From: an uncultured Acidobacteriota bacterium
GTDB lineage: Bacteria; Acidobacteriota; UBA6911
Assembly (NCBI GenBank): GCA_963773605.1
Contig: CAVZBT010000012.1
Location: 780,865-844,864, forward strand
Length of the DNA: 64,000 nucleotides
Direction of reading: 5' to 3'
Part shown: in pieces, positions 20,205 to 29,781 of the stretch
Position numbering within the stretch: position 1 is the first letter of the stretch
Layout of the letters: the number at the start of each line of letters is the position of its first letter
Program-made: the position numbers and the translations under genes
Notes under the pieces: generated by a model
What the model saw: the letters and a program-made list of their open reading frames with translations, nothing else
What the model was told of the DNA's origin: nothing
Databases searched by the model: none

Positions 20205-21152
20205 TCAGAGCTGCGGCTCCGAGAGGATGCGGCTCACCAGCGCCACGTTTTCCCGCACCTCGTCTTTGAACCGGGGGAACATGCCGACGATGATGGCGTC
20301 CGTAGGCTTGATGCGGGTCAGGGCAAACCGGAACGCAGCTTCGAGCGTCGTTCGCGAGTTGATGTTACGCCCGGCACCGAGCACTTTGAAAGCCAGGCAG
20401 GGACGCCGGGTCTGGCGCACAACCCTGCACATGCGCTCCGGGTCCTTCTCGAGAAACGCCTCGCCGAGCGGCGCCTCGCCCCCGAGTTCCTTCCTTGTTT
20501 CCTCGAGGGTCCGCGACACCCGGTAAAGGCAGGTCATGTAGTAGTCGATGTCCCAGTCCTGGCTCTCCACTTCCTCGATGACGTGCGGGTTGTGGGTCGA
20601 CAGACCCACCATGACTCCGCTGTCTCGGACGGCCTTGAGGAAGTCGCGCACCTTGCCTGTCTCGCCGCTGCGGAACCGCTCGTCGGTGCGGTTGCCGTGG
20701 TGCCCGATCCCGAGCGGCCCCATCTCCTTGACCACCTTCGGCATCAGCCCGGGATTCTGCATCAGCGCAAAATCCGCGAGGAGGATCAGGTTCATCGCTC
20801 CCCCCTCGGCGCGGTAGCGTTTGAAATCCTCGACGGGCTGCTCGTTGTAGTGCAGTTGCCACGCGTTGATGCCGGCGTTCTCGCACCGGTGCAGCACCTC
20901 CATCTTCCGGTCCTGCGTCATCCACTCGCGCATGTGGCTGTCGAGCAGGGCGTTGAAGTGCGAATACCCGTAAAACGGATTCGAGCCGATCAGGAGGCGC
21001 GTGATCGGCGTTTTACCGAAACTCACCCGGGGCAGGGCCGGCAAATCATCGGCCTGCGGGCGCGCCGAGCGGGACAGGGCCAGTCCGGCCCCCGCGCCGC
21101 CCGCCGTTCGCAAGAAATTTCGCCGCGACACCGAGTGGTTATTCGTATCCAT
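20205..21152 (-). CDS. twin-arginine (Tat) signal hypothetical protein
   Basis: Start moved to MDTNNHSVSRRNFLRTAGGAGAGLALSRSA (RRxFL Tat motif, GGAGGG RBS). The mature domain (about 285 aa) has no family I can name with confidence. Confidence 0.55.
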   Translation of the reverse strand: MDTNNHSVSRRNFLRTAGGAGAGLALSRSARPQADDLPALPRVSFGKTPITRLLIGSNPFYGYSHFNALLDSHMREWMTQDRKMEVLHRCENAGINAWQLHYNEQPVEDFKRYRAEGGAMNLILLADFALMQNPGLMPKVVKEMGPLGIGHHGNRTDERFRSGETGKVRDFLKAVRDSGVMVGLSTHNPHVIEEVESQDWDIDYYMTCLYRVSRTLEETRKELGGEAPLGEAFLEKDPERMCRVVRQTRRPCLAFKVLGAGRNINSRTTLEAAFRFALTRIKPTDAIIVGMFPRFKDEVRENVALVSRILSEPQL

Positions 21153-21258
21153 GGCAACCCTCCATTGTTCGGGAAAGCGCGAAACAGGCGCCAGTTTAGC
21201 ACCGTCGGAGTCAAAGGAGGAAGCAACGATGGTGCCCGGGCGTCTCTTCCGAATAGTA

Positions 21259-21340
21259 TGGAGTGCGGCGGCTCGACGGCTCGACGCCGCTTTGGGGGCG
21301 GCGCTTGGGCGCCGCCCGTGGCGACCATTTCGATCCAATA
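21259..21340. repeat. single copy of the palindromic intergenic repeat family (with internal gctcgac duplication)
   Basis: ggagtgcggcggctcgacggctcgacgccgctttgggggcggcgcttgggcgccgcc... Confidence 0.6.
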
Positions 21341-21377
21341 CAACCGTGGAAAGCTGTGGCCGGAGCGCCGCACGCGG

Positions 21378-23420
21378 TCACTGCAGCCATTGCCGGAGCC
21401 AGGCGAGCACCGTCTCGTGCCACTGGATGGTATTCGCGGGCTTCAGCACCCAGTGGTTTTCGTCCGGGAAATACAGGAAACGCGAAGGTATGCCTTTGCG
21501 TTGAAGCAGGTTGAAGGTCGCGATCCCCTCGGTGTCGACGACGCGATAATCCTTTCCTCCGTGTATGACCAGCATTGGTGTCTTCCAGTTCCGGGCGTAG
21601 CCGAGCGGGCTGTGCTTAGTGTACGCCTCCGGGTCGTCATACGCCGGTCCACCATGTTCCCACTCGGGGAACCAGAGCTCCTCGGTGTTGTAGTAGGCCA
21701 TGTGCTCGTCGAGGTTGCCGTCATGGACGACCAGGCACTTGAACCGATCGGTGTGGCCGGCAATCCAGTTGATCATGTACCCGCCATAGGATGCGCCGAG
21801 CGCGCCTACCCGGCCGCCGTCCAGGAAAGGGTACTTCTGGAGCGCGAAGTCGAGGCCCTTCATCAGATCCTCATAAGGGGCCCCGCCCCAGTCCCCGTTG
21901 ACGGCATCGGTGAAGGCTTGTCCGTACCCGGTCGACGCATGGAAATCGACCGTCAGGGCCACGTAGCCGGCCCCCGCGTAGGCTTGCGGATTCCACCGGT
22001 AGTGGAAATCGTTGCCGAAGGATCCTTGCGGGCCGCCATGGATGAGGAAGGCGACCGGGTACTTCTTCGCCGGATCGAAATCGACCGGATAGACGAGATA
22101 GCCGTAAACGGGTTCTTCCTTCGCTCCTTTGAAAACGAATTGCTCGGGCCTTCCGAATCTGGCGGCGGCGACCCTTGCATCATTGAAGCGGGTGACCCGG
22201 TGCGCATCCGTACCGTCGCGCGCCGCATCGTAGAGTTCGGCGGGACCGAGCAGCGAATGCATGCTGTACAAGATCCGCCCGTTGGGGCGGGGCTGCGGAG
22301 CCGCCGTCGTCCCATCCCGGATCACGATGCGGGTCCCACCGGCGGCGTCGACGGCGAAAAGCGAGTGCTGCCCAAGGTGATCGGCGGTGCAATACAGCTC
22401 GCTGCCGTCGGAGGACCATGCCAGTTCCCCCGCCGAACGGTCACCGCGCGGAGTCTCGTCGGCGCGGAGCACGATCCTGCGTTCCGAGGCGCTTGCCCAG
22501 TCGCGCAGGACGATGTCGTATCGATCCGCTTCATATCCGGCGCGGCTCATGGCCAGGTAGGCCAGGGTTCTGCCGTCGGGAGAAAAGACCGGCTGCGTAT
22601 CCCACGCCGGGTTGCTGGTGAGCTTTCTCGGGGCCTCTGGCGCACCGGCGCGCGCCAGGTAGAGATCGTAGTTTGTCGACCATGCCTCCTCGCGTCCCGC
22701 ATTCTTCGCGGCGAAGACAATCCGCTGGCCGTCGGGCGATATGCCGTACTCCTCGGCGCCGCCGAATGGCCTGGACGGGCAGTCCGCGTCCATCCCCGGC
22801 ATGAGATCGCGCGCGGGTCCTGCGGGGAGCGGATAGATGAACAGGTGATTGCGCGTGCCATCCTCCCACGTGTCCCAATGGCGGATGAACAGTCGGTCGT
22901 ACAGAACGCCGGTGGACTTGGCCTTTGCCCTTTCGTCCAGTAGGCGCCGCGTCTCCTCCGGCGACTTGCCCGGAAAGATCGCGACGGAGAAGGTGAGAAA
23001 CCCGGCGTCGGGAGCAACCCTCAAAGCGTCGACGCCCAGTGGCAACCGCGTCACCTGCTCGGCTTCACCACCGTCGATCCCGAGCCTCCAGACCTGCGGA
23101 GAGCCTCCGCGCGAAGACAGGAAATAGATCCATTTGCCATCCCCGGTCCAGCGCGGCTGGGTGTCGCTCGCCGCGTCGCTGGTCATGCGACGCACGAAGG
23201 AGCCGTCGACGGACGCGACATAAATGTCGGAACGCCGCCCGTTCGCCGCCAGATCGGTTACGCTGACCGTAAAAGCCACCAGCTTGCCATCGGGCGAGAC
23301 CTGAGGATCCGCGATGCGGTCCATCGCCAACATGTCATGCACCGAAAAAGGGTGCGGGGCTGCGCCCTGGCCCCAGACCGCCACAGCCGCGACGAACATC
23401 AGCACCAGCGCCTTACGCAT
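21378..23420 (-). CDS. S9 family serine peptidase (prolyl oligopeptidase/acylaminoacyl-peptidase type) with N-terminal beta-propeller and signal peptide
   Basis: Signal peptide MRKALVLMFVAAVAVWGQ, TolB-like propeller repeats, and a C-terminal alpha/beta hydrolase domain with nucleophile elbow GASYGGYM plus DGNLDEHM/HG acid-His region. Confidence 0.85.
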   Translation of the reverse strand: MRKALVLMFVAAVAVWGQGAAPHPFSVHDMLAMDRIADPQVSPDGKLVAFTVSVTDLAANGRRSDIYVASVDGSFVRRMTSDAASDTQPRWTGDGKWIYFLSSRGGSPQVWRLGIDGGEAEQVTRLPLGVDALRVAPDAGFLTFSVAIFPGKSPEETRRLLDERAKAKSTGVLYDRLFIRHWDTWEDGTRNHLFIYPLPAGPARDLMPGMDADCPSRPFGGAEEYGISPDGQRIVFAAKNAGREEAWSTNYDLYLARAGAPEAPRKLTSNPAWDTQPVFSPDGRTLAYLAMSRAGYEADRYDIVLRDWASASERRIVLRADETPRGDRSAGELAWSSDGSELYCTADHLGQHSLFAVDAAGGTRIVIRDGTTAAPQPRPNGRILYSMHSLLGPAELYDAARDGTDAHRVTRFNDARVAAARFGRPEQFVFKGAKEEPVYGYLVYPVDFDPAKKYPVAFLIHGGPQGSFGNDFHYRWNPQAYAGAGYVALTVDFHASTGYGQAFTDAVNGDWGGAPYEDLMKGLDFALQKYPFLDGGRVGALGASYGGYMINWIAGHTDRFKCLVVHDGNLDEHMAYYNTEELWFPEWEHGGPAYDDPEAYTKHSPLGYARNWKTPMLVIHGGKDYRVVDTEGIATFNLLQRKGIPSRFLYFPDENHWVLKPANTIQWHETVLAWLRQWLQ

Positions 23421-23704
23421 GCCAGCCTCCCTCCGTTTGAGTCAATGGATCGCACTATATTGAACGCGGGCGGACTCCGGCGGCAATGCGAAAAGTCCGC
23501 GCCCCCCCCCGCACGCGATAAATTCGGGCAACCGGATCCACTGGCCCACGGACGGTGCGGCGCCCCGGCCGAAAGGGAGAACACGGTGAACGAGCTGAAA
23601 CGGGCTGCGTTGATTCTGCTCGCCCTTTTGCCGGTCGCAGCGTGCAAGCGTCCTGCCGAGCAGGACTGGACGGCGGTTCTGCAACCGATCCAGGCGAGGT
23701 ACGC

Positions 23705-24225
23705 CCCCGACACCGCTTTTGCGGTCGGCGCCTAGGCGCCGACCTTGCGCACCCCCTGCCGATCCAGCCAAACCCAGACAGCGGTGCCCAGGCACCGCAC
23801 TCCATACTTTGGAGTGCGGCGGCTCGACGGCTCGACGCCGCTTTTGCGGTCGGCGCCTAGGCGCCGACCTTGCGCACCCCCTGCCGATCCAGCCAAACCC
23901 AGACAGCGGTGCCCAGGCACCGCACTCCATACTTTGGAGTGCGGCGGCTCGACGGCTCGACGCCGCTTTTGCGGTCGGCGCCTAGGCGCCGACCTTGCGC
24001 ACCCCCCTGCCGATCCAGCCAAACCCAGACAGCGGTGCCCAGGCACCGCACTCCATACTTTGGAGTGCGGCGGCTCGACGCCGCTGTGGGGTCGGCGCCT
24101 AGGCGCCGACCTTGCGCACCCCCCTGCCGATCCAGCCAAACCCAGACAGCGGTGCTCAGGCACCGCACTCCATACTTTGGAGTGCGGCGGCTCGACGCCG
24201 CTTTTGCGACCGCGCCGACACATTC
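23705..24225. repeat. tandem array (roughly 4.3 copies, about 125-bp unit) of the palindromic intergenic repeat, between the S9 peptidase and Maf-like genes
   Basis: Long variant of the unit with an extra about 18 bp (ccttgcgcaccccctgccgatccagcc) relative to the 9130-9418 array. Copies are nearly identical. They differ by ccccc versus cccccc runs and a gctcgac duplication. Confidence 0.85.
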
Positions 24226-24286
24226 GTGCGCGCGCGGCATCTCACTCCGTAGAACCGAACCGTGCGTGACCCGCGCTGAGCGGGGT

Positions 24287-26158
24287 TCAGCCTCGCTTGC
24301 CGGCCTGTGTCGGCTCAGCGAGGGCGCGCCGGATTTCCTGCAGGCTGGGGGAGATGCGGCCCAGGGCCTCGCCTACCGAGGCGAAGTAAGCGCCGTAAAC
24401 GGACTGGATGCTCGCGGCCGGAGGCTCGGGCGTCTGCGTCAAACGCGTGCGGCCGCGCAGAAACGAGACGTTGCCCATCTGATTGAAGGCGTCCAGCAGT
24501 GACGCCAGCTGCGGGGCCGTAGAGTAGATCGACTGCTTGATCTTTTCGAAGGCCCCGAGCAACGCGACGGGGGAACCGGTCGGCGTCTGCCGCGCGAGCG
24601 CCAGCCCCTCGTTCAGGGCCTGTGCCAGGCGCGTCGATTCCGCGTCGAGGAGATCGACCGTGTCGCGTTTCACCGGGCCTGCCCGCCTCGCAGCCGCTTC
24701 ATACAACGTCCGCACCCGGCCGACCAGGGCCGGGTCGCGCGAGCAATGCCTGTGCAGCGCCTCGCGCAGGCTCAAAATCTCCACACCCTCCCGCAGGATG
24801 CCCCCTTCGGTCGCATTGATGAAGCGGGTCCCGGGGTGCGTCCCGATCTCTTTGACCATCCAATTCCAGTACGCGGCCAGCTTGTCCGTGGTTTCGACCG
24901 GATGGCCGAAGAGGTCCTCCATGACGACGATCTTGTGCCCCTCTCTCAGTCGCTCCCACCGGCTTTTCCACTCCTGCGGGTTGGATACTCCGGCGAACCA
25001 TTCCGCCTCGGTGTGCAGGCCCGTGCAATAGGTCCTGCCCTCGCTGTGCGCAAGATCCTGGCCTGCGAAAATGACCGGGTCGCACCCGAGGTGCAAAGCA
25101 AAATCCAGGGCCATCGTCGCCACCGACCCCCATGCTTTAAGGCAGCCTTTATCGGCAAGGATGGCCGAAAGCGCCCGCAACGAAGAATCCCGAAACGTGC
25201 AGGTCACCGTCCTGCCCGGAAACTCAGCGAAGACCGCGGGATAGGCCGTGGCTTCGGCGACCAGCAGCGCGCGACGGGTCACTGCGCCTTTGATGTGGAG
25301 AAAGTTCCGGTGGGCCGGGTCCGCGGTGAGAACGAAGTGCGGCTCGATGCCCGCCGCCAGCAGGGGTTTCAAAGCCGTGTCGGTCGCGAGGATGAGGACC
25401 TGCCCCTCCAGGCCGCGTATTTCGTGGATGTTCTTGTCCAGCGACGGACCGGCCGAGACGATCACCGCCGGCTCCCTGGTGAACGCCCCGGCGAACCCCG
25501 AAACGCCTGGGCAGGCAAGCGCCGGCCGGAGGTTCTCCGTGAAATTCCGCAGGAACTCGAGCGACCGGGCGACCAGCGTGTTGATATCGGTCAGGATCTG
25601 AAACGTCCCGCTCCGGATGGTTTCGGCAGCCGCCTTGAACAACCCCGGCGCCTGAGCGATCGAAGGGGCGTGCATGATGAACGTGCACTTCTCCGCCTTC
25701 ACAGGATCAAAGAACTGTCGCCATTGTTCTCCGAGGTCGGGGCCGGACGGAGGCCACGCCAAGTGCAGTTGCGGCAACGAGAGGACGCCCGCCATATCCC
25801 GGGCTTCGAATGCAGCCCTGAGGATCTGGAGATTGGATTCCACCACGAAATAACCGACACTCCGGCCGCAGTTTCTTTCGAGCAGCGCGTCGAGCACATA
25901 CCCGAGTCCGAACCCGAGCAACACATAGCAGTCGCCGGCGGAATATTCCTGTTCCGCGAGCAACGCCCGGGCCTCCTTCACCGGGTCATACCGGCTGTGC
26001 AGCAGGATCGTCGAAGATGGGCCCGCCCAACGGGCGGTTGGCGCTCCGCTGGCCGACGGAAGGACTTCGATCGGAGCCGGACTCGTGCACGACAACAGCC
26101 GGGCGAGCGCGGGCTGGCGCCGCGACAGCAGATCCAGGTTCGCGTTCAAATAGTCCAA
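24287..26158 (-). CDS. Maf-like (motility-associated-factor) DUF115 family glycosyltransferase (6-hydroxymethylpterin diphosphokinase MptE-like fold)
   Basis: Central region REPAVIVSAGPSLDKNIHEIRGLEGQVLILATDTALKPLLAAGIEPHFVLTADP is the hallmark of PF01973 (Maf/DUF115). The 623-aa size and TPR-like flanks are typical of flagellin/pilin nonulosonic-acid transferases. Confidence 0.7.
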   Translation of the reverse strand: MDYLNANLDLLSRRQPALARLLSCTSPAPIEVLPSASGAPTARWAGPSSTILLHSRYDPVKEARALLAEQEYSAGDCYVLLGFGLGYVLDALLERNCGRSVGYFVVESNLQILRAAFEARDMAGVLSLPQLHLAWPPSGPDLGEQWRQFFDPVKAEKCTFIMHAPSIAQAPGLFKAAAETIRSGTFQILTDINTLVARSLEFLRNFTENLRPALACPGVSGFAGAFTREPAVIVSAGPSLDKNIHEIRGLEGQVLILATDTALKPLLAAGIEPHFVLTADPAHRNFLHIKGAVTRRALLVAEATAYPAVFAEFPGRTVTCTFRDSSLRALSAILADKGCLKAWGSVATMALDFALHLGCDPVIFAGQDLAHSEGRTYCTGLHTEAEWFAGVSNPQEWKSRWERLREGHKIVVMEDLFGHPVETTDKLAAYWNWMVKEIGTHPGTRFINATEGGILREGVEILSLREALHRHCSRDPALVGRVRTLYEAAARRAGPVKRDTVDLLDAESTRLAQALNEGLALARQTPTGSPVALLGAFEKIKQSIYSTAPQLASLLDAFNQMGNVSFLRGRTRLTQTPEPPAASIQSVYGAYFASVGEALGRISPSLQEIRRALAEPTQAGKRG

Positions 26159-26353
26159 GGCAGCCCCCGAAAAAAGAACGAACGTACTGCGCGCGACACA
26201 TCTTACAACCAGTGAGTGAATTCCCGACGGATTCCGTGACCGGCCCCTGCAGCTCGGGTGAGCAAACCTTAAAGCCTGCAGTCGCTTCCGACGATGAGCT
26301 GGTTGTGGCTGGCCCGGTCAGCCGGTGATGTACCGGGTTGAACCATTCACTGG

Positions 26354-27091
26354 ATGAAACCGATGCGAATCCGGGCCCCACGAAGCCTCTACAGTCCCGC
26401 GCCGAGACTCAATCAGCTGCGTATCCTGGAGCAGATTGCCGCCGACCACGGCATCACGCAATCCGAACTGGCCCAGCGGTGCTCCCTTTCTGTGGCGATG
26501 GTTAACAACTACATGAAGGAACTGTGCGCCCGCGGCCTGCTGGAATACCGCCGTCGGACGGCGAAAACCATTTCCTACCATGTGACGCCGGGCGGCCGGC
26601 AAAGCGCCGAGGCAACCCAGAACGAGCTGCTGCGCGAGAGCATAGCATCGTTCGCGGACACGAAGGACTGGGTGCGGAAAATCATCATGGGCCAGGCTCG
26701 CCGCAAACTTTATCGGGCGGTCTTGTACGGGAGCGGGGTCCTGGCCGAGATTGCTTTCCACGCGCTGGAATCGGCCCGGGTGAGTATCGTCGGTGTGTGC
26801 AGCGGCGACCCGGCGGAAATCGGGAAGGAGTGGTGCGGTCGTGAAATGTCGAGTCCCGCGCAAATCCGCTACCTGGCTCCGGACGCAGTGGTGATCGCGC
26901 TGGAAGAGGGCGCCGACCCCGTCTGGCGGGCGCTGACTTACCTGGCCCGCTACGACATCGACCTGATACGGACAGACCGCGTCCCCGCCTGCCTCCAGGT
27001 CGACGACCCCGAACTTGCCGGGTCCAGCGCGACACTCGCGGGACGCGCAGCGCATCCATCGGACACCGGAACGCTTGCAGGTGACAGATGA
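26354..27091 (+). CDS. winged-helix (MarR/IclR-like) transcriptional regulator fused to a C-terminal Rossmann-like module
   Basis: N-terminal wHTH (LNQLRILEQIAADHGITQSELAQRCSLSVAMVNNYMKELCARGLLEY). C-terminal about 90 aa (RKLYRAVLYGSGVLAEIAFHALESARVSIVGVCSGD...YDIDLIR) has a GxGxxA dinucleotide-binding-like motif. Transcribed divergently from the Maf-like gene. Its stop overlaps the GT4 start (ATGA). Confidence 0.65.
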   Translation: MKPMRIRAPRSLYSPAPRLNQLRILEQIAADHGITQSELAQRCSLSVAMVNNYMKELCARGLLEYRRRTAKTISYHVTPGGRQSAEATQNELLRESIASFADTKDWVRKIIMGQARRKLYRAVLYGSGVLAEIAFHALESARVSIVGVCSGDPAEIGKEWCGREMSSPAQIRYLAPDAVVIALEEGADPVWRALTYLARYDIDLIRTDRVPACLQVDDPELAGSSATLAGRAAHPSDTGTLAGDR

Positions 27092-28473
27092 CGGACTTAG
27101 AGAAAAAGGTGCTCTATATCGCCCACGCGCATCCGGCCTTCTCGCGCGGGGGCGGTGAGCTCGCCGCGTATTACCTCTACCAGGCCATGAAACTGCATGG
27201 GCACTACCGGCCATTCCTGCTGGCGAGGTTCGCCGACCCGTCATGCCAGGTCCAGCATCCGGGCTCGCGCCTGCTAGGCTGGGAGAAAGACGCCGCGACG
27301 CAACTGCTGGTGAGCAACAGCTCCAACTACGATTACTTCTACCATACCAAGCTGGACGCTAAGCTCGCCGAGGCGGACATGTATGCCGACGTGCGCGAGT
27401 TCCTGCTGGCGCTCAAACCCGACGTCGTGCATTTCCAGCACTTCATGCACATGGGCGTGGATCTGATATCGTACGTCAAGAAGCTGCTGCCGGAAGCACG
27501 GGTCCTGCTGACCCTGCACGAGTATGGCGCCATCTGTGCGCACGACGGTTCCATGCTGAAAACAGACCGCAGACAGCTGTGCCGTCGCGCGTCCACCCTG
27601 GACTGCTGCCGGTGCTTCCCACGGCGAAAACCCCGCGAGTTTTTTCTGCGCGAGCGCCTGATCAAGTCCAACTTCTCGGCCGTCGACCTGTTTCATGCCC
27701 CGAGCGAGTTCCTCAAGGAGCGTTACGTCGAATGGGGTGTCGCCCCCGAGCGCATCGTGGTCATGGACCATGGGCGTCCCGCCTGGGCCGCGACAAAACG
27801 CTCCGCGGGTCCTGCGGCGGGCCAGCCTTTCAGGGTGGCGTTTTTCGGCCAGATGGTCTTCCACAAGGGCTGGGACGTATTCCTGCAGGCCGCCGGCGAG
27901 TACGCGCGGTTACGGTCACAGACCGCCCCCGGCGGGCACGATTTGCCGGAACTCCATTTCAGCCTTCACGGGAACCGCCACCTCCCGGAGGAACTGTGCG
28001 GCCGGCTCGACGCTCTCCTGGAGGCCACACGCAGCGTGGTGCACGACCACGGCCCGTACGAGATGGATGGCATGCAGGATCTGCTCTCACGTGTGGACTG
28101 CGTGGTCGTCCCGTCCATCTGGTGGGAAAACTCGCCGCTGGTGATCCAGGAAGCCTTCATGGCGGGGCTGCCGGTCATTTGTTCCAACATAGGGGGAATG
28201 GCGGAGAAGGTGCAGGACCGGGTTAACGGGCTGCATTTCGCGGTGGGCGACCATTTCGACCTCCTCGACCGGATACTGGAACTGGCGGGGTCAGCGGAGC
28301 TCTATCGCCGCCTTGTGCAAGGCATCCCCGAAATCCTGCCCGACCGGGAGATGGCCCAACGGTTCAATTCCATCTATGACGGCTTGCTGCAGGGTGCCCA
28401 GCCGGCGCAGCCGCGGCACGGAGCGCAGGGGAGAAGGCCGGATCCCACCCGCTCCCTGGCCGCCGTCGAATAG
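27088..28473 (+). CDS. glycosyltransferase family 4 (GT-B fold, group 1), copy A
   Basis: C-terminal GT4 signature VVPSIWWENSPLVIQEAFMAGLPVICSNIGGMAEKVQDRVNGLHF (EX7E-type). Contains a Cys cluster LCRRASTLDCCRCFP. Confidence 0.85.
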   Translation: MTDLEKKVLYIAHAHPAFSRGGGELAAYYLYQAMKLHGHYRPFLLARFADPSCQVQHPGSRLLGWEKDAATQLLVSNSSNYDYFYHTKLDAKLAEADMYADVREFLLALKPDVVHFQHFMHMGVDLISYVKKLLPEARVLLTLHEYGAICAHDGSMLKTDRRQLCRRASTLDCCRCFPRRKPREFFLRERLIKSNFSAVDLFHAPSEFLKERYVEWGVAPERIVVMDHGRPAWAATKRSAGPAAGQPFRVAFFGQMVFHKGWDVFLQAAGEYARLRSQTAPGGHDLPELHFSLHGNRHLPEELCGRLDALLEATRSVVHDHGPYEMDGMQDLLSRVDCVVVPSIWWENSPLVIQEAFMAGLPVICSNIGGMAEKVQDRVNGLHFAVGDHFDLLDRILELAGSAELYRRLVQGIPEILPDREMAQRFNSIYDGLLQGAQPAQPRHGAQGRRPDPTRSLAAVE

Positions 28474-28479
28474 CCGATT

Positions 28480-29781
28480 ATGAAGAGAAAAGTGCTCTAC
28501 GTCGCGCACGGACATCCGGCATTCTCTCCGGGGGGAGGGGAACTGGCCGCCGCGCACCTGCATCAGGCGATGAAGGCCACTGCCGGCTATGAGCCCCACC
28601 TGTTGGCCAGGGTCGACGATGCCGACGGCCGTTTCCGCCACTCCGGCGCGCCGCTGATCGGGTATCAGCGGGACGACTCCACCCACCTCATTGCGAGCAA
28701 CAGCGGCCACTACGACTACTTCTTCCACACCAAGATCGATTCCCGCCTTGCGGAGGCGGACATGTTCGCCTCATTTCGCGAGTTCCTCCTTGCGCTCCAA
28801 CCGGACGTGGTGCACTTCCAACACTTCATCCACCTCGGTGCGGACCTGATGTGCTATGCCCGGTCCCTGCTCCCGCACGCGAAAATCGTCCTCACGCTGC
28901 ACGAATACGAGGCCATCTGCGCCAACCAGGGTCTGATGCTCACGACAGACGGACGACGGTGCCGCCGCGCATCGACACTGGAGTGCTGCCGTTGCTTCCC
29001 GCACCGCAAGCCGCGAGAGTTCTTCCTGCGGGAGCGCCTGATCAAATCCAACTTCGCGGTCGTCGACCGGTTCATCGCACCCAGCCATTTCCTGAAGACC
29101 CGCTACGTGGAGTGGGGGATCGCTCCTGGGCGCATCCTGGTGATGGACAACGGGCGACCGGTCTGGCGCGGGCGGGAGCGCCCGCCCAGGCGGCTGGGGC
29201 AGCTGTTTCGACCCGCCTTCTTCGGGCAAGTCGTCGCGCACAAAGGCTGCGACGTCTTCCTCCGGGCCGCCGAGGAATACCTCCAATCTCAGTCGCGCCC
29301 CGGCCGGGAGCTGCCCCAGGTCCGCTTTGGCCTCTACGGGGCACGACACTGGATGTCGGGATCGCCGGCAGAAGAGCTCGACCGCCTGATCGAGCGGACG
29401 CGCGGCGTGGTGCATCATCACGGCGCCTACGACATGGACTGCATGCCGGACCTGCTGAGCGGTGTCGATTGCGTCGTGCTTCCCTCGCTCTGGTGGGAAA
29501 ACTCCCCGCTGGTGATCCAGGAAGCGTTCATGGCGGGACTGCCGGTCGTCTGTTCAAACATCGGCGGCATGGCGGAGAAGGTGACCGACGGCGTCAACGG
29601 CCTGCACTTCGCCGTCGGCGATCATTTCGATCTGCTGCGGAGGATCCTCGAACTCGCGGCCTCTCCGGAGCTCTACGGCCGGCTCGTAACGGGCATCCCC
29701 GGAATTCTCTCCGCGGGGGAGATGGCCGGCCGGATCACGACACTCTACGACGAACTGCTCGAAGGCAACCCAGCGTCATGA
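28480..29781 (+). CDS. glycosyltransferase family 4, copy B (tandem paralog of 27088-28473, about 65% aa identity by eye)
   Basis: Same architecture and motifs (VLPSLWWENSPLVIQEAFMAGLPVVCSNIGGMAEKVTDGVNGLHF, RCRRASTLECCRCFP). Its stop overlaps the start of the next gene (ATGA at 29778-29781). Confidence 0.85.
   Translation: MKRKVLYVAHGHPAFSPGGGELAAAHLHQAMKATAGYEPHLLARVDDADGRFRHSGAPLIGYQRDDSTHLIASNSGHYDYFFHTKIDSRLAEADMFASFREFLLALQPDVVHFQHFIHLGADLMCYARSLLPHAKIVLTLHEYEAICANQGLMLTTDGRRCRRASTLECCRCFPHRKPREFFLRERLIKSNFAVVDRFIAPSHFLKTRYVEWGIAPGRILVMDNGRPVWRGRERPPRRLGQLFRPAFFGQVVAHKGCDVFLRAAEEYLQSQSRPGRELPQVRFGLYGARHWMSGSPAEELDRLIERTRGVVHHHGAYDMDCMPDLLSGVDCVVLPSLWWENSPLVIQEAFMAGLPVVCSNIGGMAEKVTDGVNGLHFAVGDHFDLLRRILELAASPELYGRLVTGIPGILSAGEMAGRITTLYDELLEGNPAS

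Noticed and set aside
19893-22943. 1016-aa plus-strand ORF
   Set aside because: It runs antisense through RidA, the Tat protein and the S9 peptidase. No motifs. Artifact.
23705-24225. Tandem repeat arrays as possible CRISPR
   Set aside because: Units abut directly with no unique spacers. The unit length (107-125 bp) and internal palindromes do not fit CRISPR. No cas genes.
24746-26215. 489-aa plus-strand ORF antisense to the Maf-like gene
   Set aside because: Antisense artifact. The Maf/DUF115 signature is on the minus strand.
28851-29777. 5' extension of the 1368-aa ORF reported in the track
   Set aside because: This part overlaps GT4 copy B in another frame and translates to Pro/Arg/Gly-rich junk. 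The real gene starts at ATG 29778, overlapping the GT4-B stop.
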